Part shown: positions 42,385-48,476 of the stretch, piece by piece
Position numbering within the stretch: position 1 is the stretch's first letter
Layout: each line of letters starts with the position of its first letter
Virus record (IMG/VR): IMGVR_UViG_3300037423_001743
Location: 1-48,476 of that record
DNA length: 48,476 nt
Reading direction: 5' to 3' (one strand)
Source of the DNA: a virus
Lineage: Duplodnaviria; Caudoviricetes
The notes under the pieces: generated by a model
Databases searched by the model: none
What the model saw: the letters and a program-made list of their open reading frames with translations, nothing else
What the model was told of the DNA's origin: nothing
Program-made: the position numbers and the translations under genes

Positions 42385-44442
42385 TCATGGGGCCTGGTCC
42401 AGCTCCGGCAGTGCCGCCGCCTCTAGGGCTGAACGGCGGGCGCCCTTCAGGTTCGTCCACACCTTCCCGGCCTTCACCTTGACGTCCTGCGTCGGCACCC
42501 CGTACCGCTCCAGCGACTCTCGCACCATGTCCGCGGTGATGCCGCCGTAGAACTCCGGCCACCGCTCAGCCAGCCGGGCGGCCAGCACCTGCCACGGCAC
42601 ACCCGCCTCACCGTCGCGGAGCACCGCGAGCGCGTCGGCCAGCATGTTCCGGGCGTGGACCTTCTGGGCCGGCTGGTCCCCGCCGACGACCTGGCCGCGG
42701 CGCAACTCGGCCGCCCGGGCCACGATCGCCTTCGTCGTCTTCTCGTCCGGGAAGAACGACCGCACCGGGCCTGGCTTCTCCAAACCGATCATCACGCCCC
42801 AGCCGGCGTCCAGCTTCGGCCGGTACACCGTCGCCGTCAGCCCGCGCTTGTAGGCGCCGGTGCCCAGGATCATGTCGTTCTCCAGCTGCCCACCGACCGA
42901 CAGGCACCAGCGCACCGACACACAGCGGACGATGTTCGGCGGCAGGCTCGTCTTGTCCGGGATCTGCGTGGCCAGGCAGATGTGGATCCCCAGCGCCCGG
43001 CCGCGCTTGATCGCCCGCTCCGTGTCCTGCCCGATCTGCTTGTCGAAGCCGAACAGCTCGTGCACCTCGTCCAGCAGCACAAACACCGGGTGCAGGCCCG
43101 AGCCGGGCTTCGCGGCGAGTTCGGGGGTCACCTTGCCCAGCGGGGCCTGGCCGCGTTTCTTCGCCGCCAGGATCCGCTTGCCGCGCCGCTCACACTCGGC
43201 GAGAACCCAGGCGATCAGGTCCCGGCCCGCCTCGAACGCCTCGTCGTCGACGCCGACGATGTACGTGGAGCACAGGTCGGCCATGTCGAGGAAGTCACCG
43301 GTCCCCTTGAACTCGGCGATCTTCATCTCACACGTCGGGTCGAGCAAGGCGATCGTGGCCAGGGTCCGGGCGGCGTACGTCTTGCCGGAGCCGGGCTGCC
43401 CGCCGACCAGGTCATTCGTCTCGAACAGGGTCGTGAACACCGGACGCTGCCGCTCATCGGTACCGAACGAGTGCGGGCTGAAGAAGCTGGTCCGGGCGTT
43501 CGGGTCCCCGAGGGACCACTTCGGCTGCCCCATCTTCGACGCCGGCTGATACCCGACCCACAGGTCCACCTGCCCGGCATGGTCCGGGCCCGCCGACGGC
43601 CACACCTGATCCACCGGCAGGCGCAGCGCCGACGACAGGGCGCCGCGCATCTCGAGCACCTTCACCGCCTCCAGGCCGGCCGGGAGGTTGACCCTGGCCA
43701 GCCAGCCCGGGCCATCGACGTGGATGCCGGGGTGCGCGAACTCGATCGACCCCGGCTCCTTCATCGCGGTCAGGTTCAACGCCACCATCGCGTTGCGGAC
43801 CATCTCACCGGTCAGCTTGGTGAACTTCCGTCCGTGCGTCACCCGGTCCGTGATCGGCTTGTCCACCGGCCGGCCAAGGCGGGCGAACAGCAGCACCGAC
43901 ACCACGGCGGCCGCCCGCCAGGCCAGCGACGGCACCAGGTCCATCGCCAGCACCACGGCCAGGCCGACGGCGAGGATCAGGCAGAGAACGCCGAGAGCGA
44001 TCCACCGGGCCTGCGCGTTCTTGCTGCGCTTCTTGTCCAGCTGCATCCACACGTGCGGGTCGTTGCTGGTCGCGGCTTTCTGCCGCAGCTCCCAGTTGCC
44101 CTGTTCCGCCATCGCCCAGCCCAACACCTTGCCGACTAGCCGGCCGGCGCCCTTCGGCGCGTACCAGGCGGTCTTCGCCATGTACCAGGGGCTGCGCACT
44201 CCGTGGAACGCCGCCCAGTACCCGACAGCGCCGGTCAGCTGCTTGGCCGTCTGGCGCCGCTGGTCGGGGCTGAGCAGCCACGCCGGGACGATCGGCTTAC
44301 GCCGGGCGTCCGTACGGGTGATGTCCGCCCACGTCGTGCCGATCGACACGTCCGGCGGATCCACCGGCACGCCCTGGTGCGCCTCGATCACCCCGACGGT
44401 CTCGGCGTCGTCCAGCAGCAGGTCAATCTCCTGGTCAATCAC
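42385..44442 (-). CDS. traB: TraB-like FtsK/SpoIIIE DNA translocase
   Basis: N-terminal TM pair; GGQPGSGKT, VLLDEVHELF, GRALGIHICLATQ; C-terminal winged-helix-like domain. Confidence 0.88.
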   Translation of the reverse strand: MIDQEIDLLLDDAETVGVIEAHQGVPVDPPDVSIGTTWADITRTDARRKPIVPAWLLSPDQRRQTAKQLTGAVGYWAAFHGVRSPWYMAKTAWYAPKGAGRLVGKVLGWAMAEQGNWELRQKAATSNDPHVWMQLDKKRSKNAQARWIALGVLCLILAVGLAVVLAMDLVPSLAWRAAAVVSVLLFARLGRPVDKPITDRVTHGRKFTKLTGEMVRNAMVALNLTAMKEPGSIEFAHPGIHVDGPGWLARVNLPAGLEAVKVLEMRGALSSALRLPVDQVWPSAGPDHAGQVDLWVGYQPASKMGQPKWSLGDPNARTSFFSPHSFGTDERQRPVFTTLFETNDLVGGQPGSGKTYAARTLATIALLDPTCEMKIAEFKGTGDFLDMADLCSTYIVGVDDEAFEAGRDLIAWVLAECERRGKRILAAKKRGQAPLGKVTPELAAKPGSGLHPVFVLLDEVHELFGFDKQIGQDTERAIKRGRALGIHICLATQIPDKTSLPPNIVRCVSVRWCLSVGGQLENDMILGTGAYKRGLTATVYRPKLDAGWGVMIGLEKPGPVRSFFPDEKTTKAIVARAAELRRGQVVGGDQPAQKVHARNMLADALAVLRDGEAGVPWQVLAARLAERWPEFYGGITADMVRESLERYGVPTQDVKVKAGKVWTNLKGARRSALEAAALPELDQAP

Positions 44443-44448
44443 GGTGTA

Positions 44449-44634
44449 TCAGCTCCCCGCCGAGTTCTGAACGGCGATCTCCAGCCGGGCCTTCGTGGCG
44501 CGCAGCCGCTTCGACCACGGCATGGTCGGCTCCTCGAGCTCGACACCGATCAGCGCCGAGGTGGCCTGTACCTCGGCGCGCAACGTGAAGAGGCGGACCC
44601 GCAGGTCCGTACACATCTGGCAGTCCGCTGCCAT
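44449..44634 (-). CDS. Hypothetical protein (CxxC)
   Basis: RBS GGAGG; CQMC. Confidence 0.6.
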   Translation of the reverse strand: MAADCQMCTDLRVRLFTLRAEVQATSALIGVELEEPTMPWSKRLRATKARLEIAVQNSAGS

Positions 44635-44711
44635 GCTGGTGATTCCTCCGTCCCAGGGGGTTGAGGGGCGCGGCCGTGACGTGCAGGTCGGTCAGCCGCG
44701 CCCCCGCTCGG

Positions 44712-45050
44712 CTACCAGTCGACGGTCTCGCCGCGCGACGTCGCCATGTGGCGCAGTGTTGCCGCGCCTTCGCTGGTCGTGTCCGCGTAGCCGTCCTGGT
44801 CGATCGGGCCCTTGTAGCCCGACTCGCGCAGCGCGAAGAACCGGCGATCCTTCTTTGACAGCGGAGAGCCGTCCCAGCCCCGCCGCGAATCCGGCAGCTC
44901 GCGCGCCATCCGGTCGACGTCTTCCCGGCTCGGCGCCGAGGTGCGCTCCTTGGTGGCGACGTTTCCGCTGGTCGTCGTAGGGACGGACCCGCCCGCGGAC
45001 CGGCTGCTTCCGTTGCAGCGGCGGCCGCCGTTGGCCTTGCTCTGGCACAT
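44712..45050 (-). CDS. Hypothetical protein
   Basis: RBS AAGGAG; MCQSKANGGRRC; FFALRESGYKGPIDQDG. Confidence 0.7.
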   Translation of the reverse strand: MCQSKANGGRRCNGSSRSAGGSVPTTTSGNVATKERTSAPSREDVDRMARELPDSRRGWDGSPLSKKDRRFFALRESGYKGPIDQDGYADTTSEGAATLRHMATSRGETVDW

Positions 45051-45065
45051 CTCGATCTCCTTCTC

Positions 45066-45191
45066 TCACTGCCTCCGCGCCCGGCGGGCACGGATGTGGT
45101 CTGGGACATCTGCCTCGTGCCGCTTCGGGCACGTGGCGTACTCGCCTGGCTTGCTCTCGACCTCGCAGCCGCACGGCATGCGCGTGGTCAT
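45066..45191 (-). CDS. 41-aa Cys/His peptide (not in ORF track)
   Basis: RBS GAGG; MTTRMPCGCEVESKPGEYATCPKRHEADVPDHIRARRARRQ fills the gap. Confidence 0.5.
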   Translation of the reverse strand: MTTRMPCGCEVESKPGEYATCPKRHEADVPDHIRARRARRQ

Positions 45192-45196
45192 CGACC

Positions 45197-45880
45197 TCAC
45201 GACGGCACCTCCGCCAGCTCCGGCACCCGGCCGTTGACCCGCTCCAGCTCCGGCTGCTCCTTCGGCGGCCGGTACCGCTGGACGGTCTTGGTGGACAGAT
45301 TGAGACGCTCGGCCAGCTGATCGTTGGTCGCCTGCGGGGTCCGCTTGTGGGCGCGCTCCACCCGCTCCTTGCTGGTCGGCTGAGGCTTCCGAGCGGGCGG
45401 CTCCGGGGTGGACAGACTGTCCACCGGCTCGGGCGGCTGCTCGATCGCCTCAGGGGCGCGAGAGAGCGGTTGCTGCGCGGGCTGCTCGGCCTCCCGGATG
45501 CGCCCGCCCAACTCGACCAGACACACCCACGCCACGACCACGAGGCCGTCCACGGTCAACGGGATCAGGTGCGCGGCGCCCGGCTCCTCGCCGTACCGCA
45601 GCGCCACACCGACCATGTGCCAGTAGCTGACCCACGCGGCGATGCCGGCGATCGTGGCCGTCGCCGTCAGCCGGGCGAACGACAGGCCGGCCTTGCGCAC
45701 CGGTACCCGGGCGATCAGCTCGATCGTCAACAGCAGGGCGATGGGCGCCCACGCGGCGATCGCTTGGCTGATGACGTTCCCCGACGCGTGGAGGATGTTG
45801 GCGACGATCGACACCACCACGCCCAAGGTCAACGCCGCACGGGCGCCGTGGCGCACGCGCCGCAGCTGCTCCAGGCTCAC
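45197..45880 (-). CDS. DUF2637 (SpdA-like) membrane protein with C-terminal HTH
   Basis: SIVANILHA, AAWAPIALL, AAWVSYWHM, PLTVDGL; C-terminal NDQLAERLNLSTKTVQRY. Confidence 0.82.
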   Translation of the reverse strand: MSLEQLRRVRHGARAALTLGVVVSIVANILHASGNVISQAIAAWAPIALLLTIELIARVPVRKAGLSFARLTATATIAGIAAWVSYWHMVGVALRYGEEPGAAHLIPLTVDGLVVVAWVCLVELGGRIREAEQPAQQPLSRAPEAIEQPPEPVDSLSTPEPPARKPQPTSKERVERAHKRTPQATNDQLAERLNLSTKTVQRYRPPKEQPELERVNGRVPELAEVPS

Positions 45881-46134
45881 CGCGTCACCCCCTGGTGCGG
45901 CAGGGGCGCCGGTCGCCCGGCGTGGACGCGTTGGATGTCACGGGCCCAACGGTTCGCGTGCTGGTGCGCTGACGCCCGGGCGAACACCCAGATCAGCCAC
46001 ACCATCGGCGCGGCCAGCGTCGCCAGCAGCGCGTTGAACATCAGCGATACCGGGATCTTGGTCTCCGCGTACACCACCGCGGCCACGTACAGCAGGCTCA
46101 CCGCGGTCAGGATTCGGCGGGTCCGCGCGCTCAC
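45877..46134 (-). CDS. Two-TM membrane protein (Spd-like)
   Basis: Two hydrophobic helices; GTGA coupling to the DUF2637 gene. Confidence 0.6.
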   Translation of the reverse strand: MSARTRRILTAVSLLYVAAVVYAETKIPVSLMFNALLATLAAPMVWLIWVFARASAHQHANRWARDIQRVHAGRPAPLPHQGVTR

Positions 46135-46420
46135 CACGCCACCGCCGATCGCATCGCAGGCACGAACCCGCCCGAACACCACGGCAGGCACAGCGTTGGT
46201 GCGAGAATGCTCTTCACGGTTCGCAGGTCTCCTCTGCGGCCGAGGCCCCTGAGTCGCGCTGCAATCGCTTCTCGGGGGCCGCCTTGTCTAACCCCCATCA
46301 TGTCGCGAAAGTCGCCACTAGCGCAAGAGGCCGGACAGACGCGATACTGACGAGATGGTGTTCTCTGTCGCGTTAGACGTAAGATCAACCCCGCCAGAAG
46401 ACCTAGGCGAGGAGCTGAGC

Positions 46421-46630
46421 GTGGGGGAGTGGATGAGCGTGGCCGAGGCCGCCGAGGTGCTCGAGGTGGCAGCTCGTACCGTTCAGCGCTCGCTCGCGAC
46501 GGATGATCGCCGGACCCGAGAGTGGGGTGCGGAGAACGAGGGCTGGCGGCGCAAGCCTCTGGCTGAGCGCACCATCTATCAGCTGCGCCGAAGTGTCGTT
46601 CTTCGCAAGGCTGGCCGGAATGATCCATGA
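46421..46630 (+). CDS. Excisionase/MerR-like HTH DNA-binding protein
   Basis: RBS GAGGAG; WMSVAEAAEVLEVAARTVQR; divergent from transfer operon. Confidence 0.7.
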   Translation: MGEWMSVAEAAEVLEVAARTVQRSLATDDRRTREWGAENEGWRRKPLAERTIYQLRRSVVLRKAGRNDP

Positions 46631-46637
46631 CTCCATC

Positions 46638-46714
46638 TGACGCCGGAATGTCGCCAGCCGCGACGACACTGGCGGCGTCCAACCGGAGACATTCAGGGCG
46701 ACATTCCGGCGTCA
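46638..46714. promoter_or_regulatory. Perfect 18-bp inverted repeat upstream of XRE gene
   Basis: TGACGCCGGAATGTCGCC (46638-46655) and GGCGACATTCCGGCGTCA (46697-46714). Confidence 0.7.
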
Positions 46715-46733
46715 TTGACGCTACCGTGAGGGT

Positions 46734-47462
46734 ATGACGAACAACGCCCTCCGCGCGGCGCGCACCGCCCTGCGGCTCAGCCAGGACGAGTTCGCGCACG
46801 CCTTGCGTGACGCGGGGCTGCGCGACGGCCGGCCCAACGACGCCAGCAAGCGCCTCGTGCAACGCTGGGAGTCGGGTAAGACGGGCACGCCACGCGCAGC
46901 GTACGCCCGCGCGCTGGAGATGGTCACCGGCGTACCGATCGAGCTGCTCGGGTTCCCCGCCGGCACCGACACCATGGTCGTCGATGACGGCCGCGGCGGG
47001 CACGACCTCGAGGTCCGCGCACCAACGCCGGCGTCCGGGCCCGCACGGGGGCAGAGCTACAGCGGCATCTGGCTCAGCCGATACGAGTACTTCTCATCCG
47101 GTCGCGAGAACGCCTTCACCCAGCTGCACCACGTCCTGCTATTGCAGCACGGCGACCGGATCACCGTGCGCAGCCTGCCCGCCTCGGCGAACTCGCTAGT
47201 GACCATGGACCTCAGCGTGGACGGCAGCGTCATCACCGGCACCTGGGTCGAGCAGACGAATCCGAACGGCTACTACCGCGGCGCCCGCTACCACGGGGCG
47301 ATCCAGCTGCTTGCCGAGCCGACCGGCCGTCGCCTGTCCGGCAAGTGGGTCGGCTTCGGCAAGGACGGCGACGTGAACACCGGCCCATGGACGCTGACGT
47401 TCCTAGACGCCAACACCAGCAAGGCGACGATCGCCAAGTACGACCGGCCGCCCGAGGGCTAG
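46734..47462 (+). CDS. XRE-family regulator with C-terminal beta-barrel domain
   Basis: LRAARTALRLSQDEFA...VQRWESG; C-terminal YSGIWLSRYEY...GTW...YHGAIQL...GKWVG. Confidence 0.85.
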   Translation: MTNNALRAARTALRLSQDEFAHALRDAGLRDGRPNDASKRLVQRWESGKTGTPRAAYARALEMVTGVPIELLGFPAGTDTMVVDDGRGGHDLEVRAPTPASGPARGQSYSGIWLSRYEYFSSGRENAFTQLHHVLLLQHGDRITVRSLPASANSLVTMDLSVDGSVITGTWVEQTNPNGYYRGARYHGAIQLLAEPTGRRLSGKWVGFGKDGDVNTGPWTLTFLDANTSKATIAKYDRPPEG

Positions 47463-47830
47463 GAGAAGATGCTACCGATGCCGCCGGTCACCAGGAAGAT
47501 GATGGCAGGAATCACGAACAAGTAGCCCATGATCAGCCCGGCGATCGCCATGCCACGGCCGCCCTTGCCGTTCTTCGACTCGACCAGCCCGGCGTGCCCG
47601 CAGATCACTGCGGCGATGCACGGGATCCCGAAGACACAGAACCCGCCCAGCATGCCAATGATCCCGAAGATCAGCGCGGCGACCGACCAGCCGGACACTG
47701 GCGGGCTCTGGGCGATGACGACCTGCGGCGGGTACGGCGTCGGCTGTGAGCCTTCCTGGTAGCCGCGGTACCAAGCCTCCCGCATCTCCCCGTCTGTCGG
47801 TTGGTACGGCTGGTTTGAGTCGTCGCTCAT
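47459..47830 (-). CDS. DUF4190-family membrane protein
   Basis: SGWSVAALIFGIIG, AVICGHAG, GRGMAIAGLIMGY. Confidence 0.82.
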   Translation of the reverse strand: MSDDSNQPYQPTDGEMREAWYRGYQEGSQPTPYPPQVVIAQSPPVSGWSVAALIFGIIGMLGGFCVFGIPCIAAVICGHAGLVESKNGKGGRGMAIAGLIMGYLFVIPAIIFLVTGGIGSIFS

Positions 47831-48205
47831 GGTCCGCCCCTGGCGTCCGGGCTGGGTGTGGGCTGGGTTGGTGCGGCCGGCCCCAGCCCGGGTACCGGCC
47901 GCAAGCACAGAGTGGACGGCCCACGCAAGGCTGCGGAACAGTTACGGGAATGGATGGGACGATCGGTGAACGAAATCGGCCAGTCGTACGCCTTTGATGT
48001 CCGTCTGTCAGTGAAGATGTGCAAGCTGCACGATGAAGTTACCGAACGATTAGGACTAGTAACAATCACAGGGCCACAAAGCCGGACGGACCAGTATCTA
48101 AATCGGTCTGACCACTGTTGTTGATCTCGACACATGAGGATGATGCCCTGATGTCTCAGCTTCCGCGAGCTGAGACATCCCAGGGGGATTCAACGGAGGG
48201 CGGCA

Positions 48206-48476
48206 ATGACAACCGAACCAGGACGCCAGCGGCGGCCATACAACCCGATCGACGACGATGGGGCCACCACGCAAGACCTCAGGGACCGCTTCCTCAGGGC
48301 GTCCAACCCGGACCCCGCGCCAGTCACGGCCGCGGACCAGGCGCTTCGAGTGCGCGGCGCGTGGATGATCCGAAGCGGCATCGTCGTGATAGCACTCGCC
48401 CTGGTCATCGCCGTCGTGTGGTACGCCGGGTTCAGCGAACACATACCGTCGCCGTTCCTCATGCCGCTCTACGGCG
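48206..48476 (+). CDS. Two-TM membrane protein, 5' part (continues to 494)
   Basis: RBS GGAGGG, ATG 48206; in frame with ORF 90..494. Confidence 0.75.
   Translation, partial: MTTEPGRQRRPYNPIDDDGATTQDLRDRFLRASNPDPAPVTAADQALRVRGAWMIRSGIVVIALALVIAVVWYAGFSEHIPSPFLMPLYG
48261..48476. repeat. Terminal direct repeat, right copy
   Basis: Matches 1-216 with one mismatch. Confidence 0.97.

Noticed and set aside
42385-44442. Type VII secretion EccC or chromosomal FtsK
   Set aside because: Single ATPase domain, no WXG100 neighbours, and DUF2637 plus repeat context fit TraB better

Overview
The window is an apparently complete, circularly permuted temperate actinobacterial siphophage genome, very GC-rich. 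A filamentous actinomycete host is inferred from WhiB, DUF6221, DUF2637 and TraB-like genes. The ends overlap by 216 bp (1-216 = 48261-48476, one synonymous mismatch), giving a 48,260-bp circle. An intact attP (3' half of tRNA-Thr(UGU)) next to a tyrosine integrase indicates the excised form. Gene order: integration/immunity (int, attP, XRE repressor, Cro, shared operators); early and DNA-modification genes (C5 methyltransferase with a nested alternative-frame motif-IX peptide, WhiB, Cas4-like exonuclease, YhhQ + DpdA); replication (SNF2 helicase, RuvC-like resolvase, and a single 1564-aa PrimPol-SF3 helicase-exonuclease-PolA protein with an iteron/AT-rich origin-like tract inside its linker); packaging and head (HNH, TerS, TerL, portal, protease-DUF6582-capsid fusion, GT4-FkbM fusion, second protease); tail; lysis. 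The most unusual part is a leftward plasmid/AICE-type hyphal transfer module (TraB-like FtsK translocase, DUF2637/Spd-like protein, clt-like 8-bp repeats), suggesting a phage that may also spread by conjugative dsDNA transfer. All protein calls come from motif recognition by eye; no database search was run.
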